From: an uncultured Gemmatimonadaceae bacterium
Lineage (GTDB): Bacteria; Gemmatimonadota; Gemmatimonadetes; Gemmatimonadales; Gemmatimonadaceae
NCBI GenBank assembly: GCA_963843845.1
Contig: CAWJMB010000002.1
Location: 160,001-224,000, forward strand
Length of the DNA: 64,000 nucleotides
Reading direction: 5' to 3'
The notes under the pieces are model-generated. The model searched no databases, had not been told where the DNA came from, and saw only the letters and a program-made list of their open reading frames with translations. The position numbers and the translations under genes were made by a program. Each line of letters opens with the position of its first letter. The first letter of the stretch is position 1. Below are positions 20,223 to 32,556 of the stretch, piece after piece.

Positions 20223-23200
20223 GGCAGGGGAACCATCTTGCCGGCGTCATCGACGTAGTACACGAACGCGCCGAGCCCTTTGAGCTTGCGATTGTTCTCG
20301 GCGAACTCTCTCGTCGCGAACAGGTAGTTCACCGACGTGACCTTCGGCAGGCCGGGCTGCGCGGTGTTCATGATCTTGAGGTAGTCGCCGGCCTGCACCC
20401 AGTCGATGTCGACCGAGTGCTTGAAGTCCCACAGCTCGCCGGTCGCGTCGATGAAGAAGTCGGCGGCGCGCCTCTCCTTCGCCAGCTCGAGCGTCGCGCC
20501 GGACCTGAAATAGACGCGTTTGAACACCTTGTTCTGGAACTCGGGCAGATGCATGCGGGCGAACGCCTCGAACATCGGGCCCTTGAGCGCCGCGCCCTGT
20601 CGCACGTCCGCCTTGAGGATCGCCGCCATGACCTCGTTGAACGCCCTGGCGTCGCTCCCCGTCTTCGCCGGCACGACGTACGTGAGGTACCGAACGAAGG
20701 TGTTGTAGCCGGTCTCGAGGTTCGTCGCGTCGGCACCGGTGAGGAACTTCGGGAGCGCGCCGAAGTCGTCGGCGGTCAACCCGGCCTTGCGGATCGCCTC
20801 CATCAGCGCCGGGTGCGAGTCGAGGTACGGCGCGATCTTGTCGACGTTCAGCCCCTTCGGCAGCGCCGCGAGCACCTCGGACGTGCTCGTCAGCTTCGCC
20901 GCCTTCGACCCCTTCGCGCCGAGCCCCGAGAGATGCGCGAGGATGTCGGCGAGGATCACCTTGCACGGCGACGAGCAGGCGAGCACGATCTTCATCGCCG
21001 CCGGGCTCAGCTCGGCGAACCGCTCCATCGCCCACGCGGGGAGCGACTTGAGCCGCTCGATCGCCTCGATCGTGAGCCACTTGAGCAGGTCGACGGGGAT
21101 GCGCAGCACCTCGGCGGCCCACTTCTGCGCTTTCGCGAGCGCCTCGCCGACCTTCAGCGCCTCGGCGAGCTTCACGAACGCCTTCGCGTCCTTGGCGCCC
21201 TCGGCGGCCTTGACCACCTTCGCGAGGAACGGGAGCTTCGCGACCAGCTTCGCGACCGTCGCCGACTTGCCGACCCACTTCAGGGCGGACAGTGCGCCGC
21301 CGCTGAAGAACAGCATCACGATCTCCATGATGATGTAGCCGATCAGCCAGCCGCGGAAATGCCACCTGTCCCACGTGCTCCCGCCGTTCCACCCGTCGTC
21401 GAGCCACTTCGACACGGCGTCGAACACGTCCGAGAGTTTGACGTTCTCGATCGTGTCCCAGAGGTTCTCGATGTCGTCGATGATCTCGCCGAGGATGATG
21501 CTCTTGACGAGCGAGAACACCATCTTGACCAGGTCGACGAGGCCGACGAGCAGGTCCCACAGCGACTCGAGCGCGCCGTGCAGCAGCCCGGCCACGAACG
21601 CGACCGACCCGATGAGGAACTCGCCGGCCGCGCTGAGCACGGCGCCTAACGTCTTGAACGCCTCGTACGAGATCGAGCCGCTGGAGACTCTGTCGTGCAG
21701 GCCCTTCGCGTACTCCTGCCCCGGAATCCAGATCTGGCGGCCGGCGAAGACCTGGCTCGCCTCCCAGTCGACGTCCGTCCGCCCCTCGTCGTCCGTCGTC
21801 AGCGACGGGTTCGTGATCCCCTTGCGGTCGGCCTGGTGGTTCACGAGCACCAGCACGTTGATGTAGAAGCGCTGGTCCATGCCGTACTGGAAGTTCGTGT
21901 AGAACTTCTTGACGATGCCGATCGCGGTGTCGCCGGACTGGATGCGGTAGAGCGTCGCCTCGGGGTCGGGCAGCGTCGTGTTGACGGTCGCCGCCGTCAT
22001 GTAGCCGGTGTCGCCCTCGCGCGTGACGACGAGGTACCAGCCGCCCGACAGCGTGCGCTCGACGGCGACGAGCGTGTTGAGGGGGAGGCGGCGAATCGGC
22101 ACGCCGTCGCGTGAGGTGTAGAACCACGCGCCCGCGTCCTCGCTGACGATGCCGAGCGAGGTGCTCTGCGTCCCCTCCTCCCAGACCGCCCGCTTCCCCG
22201 ACTCGAGCGGCTCGGCGTTGATCGCGTCGCGCTGCCGCTGCAGCTCGCCGAGGTTCTGCTCGGCCGTCGCGATGTCCTGGTCGGTGACGGTTCCCGCGTG
22301 CCTGAACGTGTCGATGTAGCGCTGGGTCGCCTCGATCGCCTCCGCCAGCTCGACGTGCGTGCCGGGGAACGCCGTGACGAGCGGCTCGTCGGGGCGGTAC
22401 GCCGCCGGGGCGTCGGCGGGCACCTCGCCCTCGCAGGCGTTCGGCTCCTCGACGAACGGCGTGGTGCAGCCGCTCGCCGCGCACAGCTCGATGAGCTCCG
22501 CGAGGTTCCGCTCGGCGATCGCCACCTGGTCGGCCATCGACGGATCGCTGCAGCTGCGGCTCGCGAGCCACGCCTCGGTGAGCTCGACCGCCCGTTCGAG
22601 ATCCTCGGTCGACGTCGGGGACTCGGTCAGCGGCACCGTCGGATCGAACGTCGCCGGGTCGACGTCACGCTGGATCACGGCGCGCTGCGCGGTGCCTGCG
22701 GTCGCGTGAGGCGCGTCGGGCACCCCGAGAGACGCGACAGACACGGCGTGCGGCGGTGCGACGTCTCGCGCGCCGCCGCCGCTCGTCACGCGCGTCGCCA
22801 CGTGCTCGGCCTCGCGCTCGAGCGGGTCGTCGACCGGCCCCACGGTGAGCGACGACGCGGACGGTGGGTGTCGCCGCGCGCTTCCCGACGCGCCGCCCTG
22901 TTGCACGACGTGCGTCAGCTCGTGCGCGAGCAGGTGGCGGCCGGCGGTCGTGTCCGGGGCGTACTGCCCGTCGCCGAACACGACGTCGGGGCCGGTCGTG
23001 TACGCGCGGGCCTGGAGCGCGCGCGCCGAGCGCGCGGCGTCGGGTCCGTCGTGCACGCGTACGGCGGAGAAGTCGTGGCCGAAGCGCGACTCGAAGAACG
23101 TGCGCGTGTCGCGGGGGAGCGGAGCGCCGTGCCCGCGCAGCGCGTCGACCTGCCGCCCGACGTGCGGCGCGACCGACAGCGGGCCGCCGCTCGCGTTCGG

Positions 23201-23485
23201 TGCCGCCGCGCGCTGGAGGTGCTGAACGCGCCGCTCTTCCTCGCAGCGCGGACACGGCGTGCCCGCGCCGGCGCACGGACATCGCTGCACGCCGCCGAGT
23301 GCGACCGGGGCGCGCAGCACGACCGTGCGCGTCGCGAGCGCCGCGGAGAGCGGACTCTGTGTGGCGCGCGCCGTCGGCGCGGCCGGCGTCGGGCGCGACC
23401 GATTCGCGAGCGCGCCGCCGGCCGCGGAGGGTGACCGCTTCTCCGCCCCCCGCGAGGGTGGTGCCGGCGCCGCGCCGCGCGTCAC
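20219..23485 (-). CDS. DUF4157 effector with SH3-like and LysM-like domains and C-terminal PD-(D/E)xK nuclease-like domain
   Basis: FFESRFGHDFSAVRVH..LLAHELTHVVQQ; GGWYLVVTREGDTGYM (SH3b-like); YRIQSGDTAIGI...GRQIWIP (LysM-like); FE..ADFF..WDFK..QAGDY. Confidence 0.87.
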   Translation of the reverse strand: MTRGAAPAPPSRGAEKRSPSAAGGALANRSRPTPAAPTARATQSPLSAALATRTVVLRAPVALGGVQRCPCAGAGTPCPRCEEERRVQHLQRAAAPNASGGPLSVAPHVGRQVDALRGHGAPLPRDTRTFFESRFGHDFSAVRVHDGPDAARSARALQARAYTTGPDVVFGDGQYAPDTTAGRHLLAHELTHVVQQGGASGSARRHPPSASSLTVGPVDDPLEREAEHVATRVTSGGGARDVAPPHAVSVASLGVPDAPHATAGTAQRAVIQRDVDPATFDPTVPLTESPTSTEDLERAVELTEAWLASRSCSDPSMADQVAIAERNLAELIELCAASGCTTPFVEEPNACEGEVPADAPAAYRPDEPLVTAFPGTHVELAEAIEATQRYIDTFRHAGTVTDQDIATAEQNLGELQRQRDAINAEPLESGKRAVWEEGTQSTSLGIVSEDAGAWFYTSRDGVPIRRLPLNTLVAVERTLSGGWYLVVTREGDTGYMTAATVNTTLPDPEATLYRIQSGDTAIGIVKKFYTNFQYGMDQRFYINVLVLVNHQADRKGITNPSLTTDDEGRTDVDWEASQVFAGRQIWIPGQEYAKGLHDRVSSGSISYEAFKTLGAVLSAAGEFLIGSVAFVAGLLHGALESLWDLLVGLVDLVKMVFSLVKSIILGEIIDDIENLWDTIENVKLSDVFDAVSKWLDDGWNGGSTWDRWHFRGWLIGYIIMEIVMLFFSGGALSALKWVGKSATVAKLVAKLPFLAKVVKAAEGAKDAKAFVKLAEALKVGEALAKAQKWAAEVLRIPVDLLKWLTIEAIERLKSLPAWAMERFAELSPAAMKIVLACSSPCKVILADILAHLSGLGAKGSKAAKLTSTSEVLAALPKGLNVDKIAPYLDSHPALMEAIRKAGLTADDFGALPKFLTGADATNLETGYNTFVRYLTYVVPAKTGSDARAFNEVMAAILKADVRQGAALKGPMFEAFARMHLPEFQNKVFKRVYFRSGATLELAKERRAADFFIDATGELWDFKHSVDIDWVQAGDYLKIMNTAQPGLPKVTSVNYLFATREFAENNRKLKGLGAFVYYVDDAGKMVPLP

Positions 23486-23497
23486 CGCGACGGCCCG

Positions 23498-27376
<3,879 letters not shown>

Positions 27377-27378
27377 GG

Positions 27379-28728
27379 TCAGCTCCTCCGCAGCATGAGA
27401 ACGACGTCGCGCCCGTCGTGCGGGCCCGACGGCGGGTCGGCGAGCGTGCCGGCGAGCGGCACGAGGTCGGCGCCCAACAGCGGCGTGGGGCCGGTGCCGC
27501 GCGCGATGAGTCGGATCGTCGAGCCGGTCGTCATCGTCTCCTTCAGGTCGATCGTGACGAGCGTGCCGGCGGCGTCGGGGGACGCGTCCGTGAGGTCGAG
27601 CGTGCGCCACCCCTCGCTGCGCGTGTAGCCGGTGACGGAGAACTGCGCCGGACGCACGCTCTCGCGATCGAGCGGCCGGTTCACGCTCATCAGGATCTTG
27701 CGGCGGCCGGTGATGCGAACGCTCGCCGGATCGACGCGTGGGCCGCCGGCATCGGGCACGGGCGGTGGCGCGGGGGCGGGAGCGCCGTCGCTCCCCGCGG
27801 CGGCGAACAGCGGGCCGCAGAGCAGCTCCTGGATCGTCGCGGTCGCGACGTGCGCGTGCCGCACGCGCACGTTCGGCGCCGGCAGCGGGTCGGCGACGGC
27901 CCACCCGTTCGCTCCCTGCCGCACGATGATCCCGGCGACGTCGGCGAGCACGACGTCGGTCGGATCTTCGGGCACGATCGACGCGACGGCGCCGGTGTCG
28001 TCGGCCTGCGGGCGCAGGTCGATCTCGTCGAGCGCGGCGAACTCGCGGAACGCGGCGAGGTACGCGGCCGGCTGCTCCCCCGACGACAGCGCGAGGATCG
28101 TCGCGCGCCGCGCCTGCACCTCGGCGAGCGCCGGCGTGTCGGGCTCGAGCGCGAACAGCGTGCGCAGGCGGTGGTAGCCGCGGTCCTTCGTCGGCGCGGG
28201 GCCCGGTCGGAGCAGCAGCTCGACGCTCTCGGTGACGCGCGAGTACGCGGTGTCGCGCTCGCTGCCGGCGCACGGGTCGGCGATCGACGGCACGGGCCGC
28301 GACGGACACGCCCGGAACTTCGCGACGACGTGCGCGTCGAACCGCTGCCCGTTCGGCGCGTCCGCGAACGTGAAGTCGGGGTCGTCCGCGTGCGCCGCGT
28401 ACCACCGGCCGAGGTCGACGCACGCGGTCGCGTCGAGGTGCAGCTCGCGGCCGGCGGCGTCGAGCGCGAGCCCCGGTGTCACGCTCAGCTCGCGGCGCGC
28501 GTTGAAGCGGACGTCGAGCCCCCAGACGACGCCCGCGCGGTGCAGCCACGCGTTGTGGAGCCGGATCTTGCCGCGCGGGTAGGCCTGCGCCGTCTCGAGG
28601 TCGTCGACGCCGAGGAGCATGCCGAAGTGGTACTGGAGCGCGGTGAACGGCGCGGACGGGAGCAGGGCGTCGGCCGCCGACGCGGTCGTGCCGTCGGTGC
28701 AGCCGCAGGGATCGATTGTCGTTGCCAT
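27379..28728 (-). CDS. CIS-associated protein with fibre-like N-terminal domain
   Basis: LQYHFGMLLGVDDLETAQAY..RLHNAWLH.AGVVWGL..TPGLALDAAGREL; paralogous to the N-terminus of the next gene. Confidence 0.75.
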   Translation of the reverse strand: MATTIDPCGCTDGTTASAADALLPSAPFTALQYHFGMLLGVDDLETAQAYPRGKIRLHNAWLHRAGVVWGLDVRFNARRELSVTPGLALDAAGRELHLDATACVDLGRWYAAHADDPDFTFADAPNGQRFDAHVVAKFRACPSRPVPSIADPCAGSERDTAYSRVTESVELLLRPGPAPTKDRGYHRLRTLFALEPDTPALAEVQARRATILALSSGEQPAAYLAAFREFAALDEIDLRPQADDTGAVASIVPEDPTDVVLADVAGIIVRQGANGWAVADPLPAPNVRVRHAHVATATIQELLCGPLFAAAGSDGAPAPAPPPVPDAGGPRVDPASVRITGRRKILMSVNRPLDRESVRPAQFSVTGYTRSEGWRTLDLTDASPDAAGTLVTIDLKETMTTGSTIRLIARGTGPTPLLGADLVPLAGTLADPPSGPHDGRDVVLMLRRS

Positions 28729-28869
28729 GACGGGCTCTCTGGTCGTCTGGTGCCTAACGGAGTGCGCTGTCCACTGCGAGACTCACTGCTGAACGCCGGG
28801 GCCGGCTACCGCGCGGCGGGACTCGCCGCATCGCCGTGAGTCCCGCCGTCGACCGGGGAGAGTCCGCAC

Positions 28870-30900
28870 TCATCGCGGCGCCCCCGGAAATGCCCGCCCC
28901 GCCTTCTCGTACTCCCGCCTCACCCCGCGCACGAGATCGTCGCGCGTGATGACCGTCCCCGCCGCCGCCGCGAGAAAGCCCGCCGCGACGGCCGCGTTCC
29001 GGATGTGCCCCCCGACGAGCGGGTAGAGCGCCGCCAGCTCGTCCGCCCGGACGTCGTCGGCGAGCGGCGCCGTCGGCGGGAGGTGCGCGCGCCACAGCGC
29101 CTCGCGCTCGGTGGCCGACGGGGTGTCGAAGTCGACGAGGAACTCGAGGCGGCGCGTGAACGCGGGGTCGAGGTTGTCGCGCAGATTCGTCGACAGGATC
29201 GCGAGCCCGTCGAACCGCTCGAGGCGCTGCAGCAGGTACGCCGTCTCGAGATTCGCGTAGCGGTCGTGCGCGTCGCTCACCTCGGTGCGGCGGCCGAACA
29301 GCGCGTCGGCCTCGTCGAACAGCAGCACGGCGTGCGCCTGCTCCGCGGCGTCGAACACGGCCGCGAGGTTCTTCTCCGTCTCGCCGATGTACTTCGACAC
29401 GACGCGCGACACGTCGACGACGAGCAGGTCGGCGCCCAACGCGCTCGCCATCACCTCGGCGGCGAGCGTCTTGCCCGTGCCTGGCGGGCCGGCGAAGAGC
29501 AGCCGCACGCCGCGCGCGCCGGGGCGGCCGCGGAGAAAGCCCCACTCGTCGACGACGCGCGTCTGGTGGGCGACGCGGGCGACGGCCTCGCGGAGCTGCG
29601 CGAGGCGGTCGGCGGGGAGCACGAGCTGCGACCAGTCGGCGCGCGGGCGCACGAGCTGCGCGCCGCCGCTCGCGGCGACCGAGGTGCGGGCGCGCACGCT
29701 CGCCGCGAGGTCGTCGGCGAGCGGCGGGCGTCCCGCGAGCGCGGCGGCGGCGCGCACGTCGCTCGCGACCGCGGCGACGGTGTGCGGCTCGAGCGTGTAG
29801 CGCGCGCCGAGCAGCGCGGCGTCGGGCAGCTCGGGGAGCGCCGTCTGCCAGAGCGTGTCGCGCGCCGCCGGCTCCAGCCGGTCCATCGCGAGATGGAGCA
29901 GTGGACGCGGGCCGAGTGCGACCGCGGCGTCGCGCGCCGCGACGAGCAGCGGGCCGGCGACGTCGTCGGGGAGCGCGGGCGGCGCCACGCCGTCGACCGG
30001 GGGCACGCGCAGCAGCGGCACGACGCCGCGCGCCGCGACGTGGAGCGCGAGCAGCGAGAGCAGCCGCGGCACGTCGGCGGTCACGCTGTGCATCGCGGTC
30101 GGCAGGGCGAGCGCCTCGAACGGCACGCCGGCGTGCCGCGCGAGCGCGGCGGCACGGTGCAGCGCGTCGTCGACGCGACTCGCCGAGACGAGCACGGTGA
30201 CGGCGGCGCCGTTGCGGAGCGCCGCGACGGCGCGCCGCACGGGCTCGGTCGCGAACCAGCCGTCGAGCGCCGCGCTCGTCGTCGCGGCGAGCGCGGGATC
30301 CTTCGCCGCGGTCACGAGGAGGCTGAGCGCGGCAGGCCACGCGCTCAGCCCGGCGAGCGTCGGCCACAGCGTGTCGGCCGGCGCGATCGACCGCTCGAAC
30401 AGCGGCGCGTCGTCGCCGCCGAGCGTGAGCGCTCCGCTGCGGGCGAGCGGGCCGTCGACGACGCGGGCGCGGAGCAGGTGGCGCGCGGGGAGCGTGGTCG
30501 CGAGCAGCTGCGCCGCGAGACCGACGGTCGGGCGCGGCTCGCCGCGCGGGTGCACGGCGCGGAAGACGGTCGCGAACCCCTCGTGCTCGTCCGCCATCCC
30601 GGCGAGCACGAGCAGGTCGGTGTCGAGCGGCGTGAGCTCGTAGGCGCGCACGAGCCTGCCTAACGGATGGCCCTCGTCGTCGCGCGCGCGCTCGGCGCCG
30701 GGGGCGTCGGCGTGCGTCGCGAACGCGCGCAGGAACTCGACGCCCGGTGCGGCGCCGTCGGCGACGGCCGTGGGCGTCTGCTGCAACAGCGCGGCGAGGC
30801 GCCCGGCCATCGCGGCGACCTCGCGCGACAACGCGGCGGCCGACACACCGCCCGAACGGCTCGCGTGGCCGGCTCGCCCCGCACGGCGCGCGTCAGACAT
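28870..30900 (-). CDS. AAA+ ATPase (Afp15/Pvc15-like)
   Basis: Walker A GPPGTGKT, VVSKYIGETEKNL, Walker B LLFDEADALFG, DAHDRYAN, LDPAFTRR. Confidence 0.93.
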   Translation of the reverse strand: MSDARRAGRAGHASRSGGVSAAALSREVAAMAGRLAALLQQTPTAVADGAAPGVEFLRAFATHADAPGAERARDDEGHPLGRLVRAYELTPLDTDLLVLAGMADEHEGFATVFRAVHPRGEPRPTVGLAAQLLATTLPARHLLRARVVDGPLARSGALTLGGDDAPLFERSIAPADTLWPTLAGLSAWPAALSLLVTAAKDPALAATTSAALDGWFATEPVRRAVAALRNGAAVTVLVSASRVDDALHRAAALARHAGVPFEALALPTAMHSVTADVPRLLSLLALHVAARGVVPLLRVPPVDGVAPPALPDDVAGPLLVAARDAAVALGPRPLLHLAMDRLEPAARDTLWQTALPELPDAALLGARYTLEPHTVAAVASDVRAAAALAGRPPLADDLAASVRARTSVAASGGAQLVRPRADWSQLVLPADRLAQLREAVARVAHQTRVVDEWGFLRGRPGARGVRLLFAGPPGTGKTLAAEVMASALGADLLVVDVSRVVSKYIGETEKNLAAVFDAAEQAHAVLLFDEADALFGRRTEVSDAHDRYANLETAYLLQRLERFDGLAILSTNLRDNLDPAFTRRLEFLVDFDTPSATEREALWRAHLPPTAPLADDVRADELAALYPLVGGHIRNAAVAAGFLAAAAGTVITRDDLVRGVRREYEKAGRAFPGAPR

Positions 30901-32548
30901 AGCGGAACCGCACCACGGCGCCGATCCACGGGCACCAGTCGGGGTCGACGTCGAGGCCGGCGCGGCGCACGAGCAGGTCGACGTCGTCGAGCGCGAGGCG
31001 GACGTCGATCCACGCCGGGTCGGCGACGATCTCCCCACGTCGGCGGCAGACGCGATCGAGCAGCGCCCGATCACGCTCGGCGGAGCGCGGCGCGTGGCCG
31101 TGGTCGCCCGGCAGCCGAGTGCCCAACGCCCCGACGAGCGTGTCGGCGAGCGCATCGATCGCGCGCTGCTCCGTCGCGCTCCACCCGTCGCCCGCCGTGT
31201 CGCTCGGCACCGTGTCGCTCGGCGGCGCGGCGCCGGGGGCGAGGCCGGCGAACGCGAGCGCCGCGGGGTCGTCGTCGCGCAGCCCCGCGAGCCGGACGGC
31301 GAGGCGATGCAGCACGGCGCGCGCCGGGCGGCCGCCTAACGCGTCGCTCGCGCAGATCGCAGCCGGGAGGTCGAGCGAGCGGACGAGGTGCAGCAGGAAC
31401 AGCACGCCGGCCGCGTCGGTGCGTCCCCGCGCACGGGCGTCGGCGGGTCGACCCACGGCGCCGTCGCGCTCCCCGCCGCCGACGACGTGCGTGCCTGACG
31501 ACGCGCGCGGTGCCCCGCTCGCCGCGTCGTCGCGGGCGCCGGTCGTGGCCGTCGCCTCGCGGCGCGGCGAACGTGACGCCGGTCGGGCGTCCGCGTCGCG
31601 GGTCGGACGAGCGCGGGGGTCGCGCGCCTTCCGCGGTGCGCGCGCCTCGGCGAACGAGCGGGCGAGCCGTGCGACGGACCGCGCCGCGCGCGCCGGCGCC
31701 GCGCGCCCGACCGACGGCTCGGCGCGCATGAGCACGAGTGCGGCGAGCGCGGCCGCGATCGAGCGCACGTCGCCGGGCGCGACGTGCGCCATCGCGGCAG
31801 CGGCCGCACGCGAGCAGGCGTCGTCGGCGAACGCATGGCGCGTGACGCGCGAGCCGTCGTCGAGCGCACGACCGTCTCGGTCATCGCCGAGCGCATCCCC
31901 GAGCGCGTCGCCGAGCGCATCGCCGACCGCCTCGTCGATTCGCCGCATCGATCCGCTCGGCACGCCGAGCGCGCGGGCGACGGCGAGAGCGAGCGTCGTC
32001 CACGCGGTCGCCGGTGCGAGCCCGACGAGCGCGCCGAGCGTTCCCGCCGCCGCCGCCTCGTCGAGCAGCGCGAGCGCCGCCGTCGGCTCGCGCGAGAGCA
32101 TCGCGACGACCTCCGCCGCCGCCCGGCGCGGCGCCGGCGCGTCGCCCGCCGTCCACAGGCCGAGCTGCCGCCACGCCCACGCGCGGGTGAAGTCGCCGCG
32201 CGGCGCGTGGCGAACGACGTCGCGCATCGCGCCGTGCCGCGAGCCGTAGCGCACGACGTCGCGTCCGTCGTGGAGCGCGCGGGCGACCGCGTGCGCCACC
32301 GCGAGACCCCACCGCGTCGCCTGCTCCGCCTCGCCGACGCCGGCCCCGAGTCGCACGGCGGCCGCGACGTGCCGCACGCACACCTCCTCGTCGTCGCCCA
32401 CGCCGGCGCGGTGCAGCGCCGCGTCCAACTCGGCCCCGGCGCTGCCGACCGCGCGCGTCACGACGCGGTCGATGTGCTGCCGCGCCTCGACGTCGTTCGA
32501 CGCGAGGTGGTAGCGGTTGCGCAGGCGCGCGATGCGGAGCGTCGTCAT
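30893..32548 (-). CDS. CIS-associated protein, possibly tape-measure-like (Afp14-related)
   Basis: Ala-rich helical; AGVLFLLHL and C-terminal VRRAGLDVDPDWCPWIG; lies between baseplate and ATPase genes. Confidence 0.55.
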   Translation of the reverse strand: MTTLRIARLRNRYHLASNDVEARQHIDRVVTRAVGSAGAELDAALHRAGVGDDEEVCVRHVAAAVRLGAGVGEAEQATRWGLAVAHAVARALHDGRDVVRYGSRHGAMRDVVRHAPRGDFTRAWAWRQLGLWTAGDAPAPRRAAAEVVAMLSREPTAALALLDEAAAAGTLGALVGLAPATAWTTLALAVARALGVPSGSMRRIDEAVGDALGDALGDALGDDRDGRALDDGSRVTRHAFADDACSRAAAAAMAHVAPGDVRSIAAALAALVLMRAEPSVGRAAPARAARSVARLARSFAEARAPRKARDPRARPTRDADARPASRSPRREATATTGARDDAASGAPRASSGTHVVGGGERDGAVGRPADARARGRTDAAGVLFLLHLVRSLDLPAAICASDALGGRPARAVLHRLAVRLAGLRDDDPAALAFAGLAPGAAPPSDTVPSDTAGDGWSATEQRAIDALADTLVGALGTRLPGDHGHAPRSAERDRALLDRVCRRRGEIVADPAWIDVRLALDDVDLLVRRAGLDVDPDWCPWIGAVVRFRYV

Positions 32549-32556
32549 GCGTGCGC

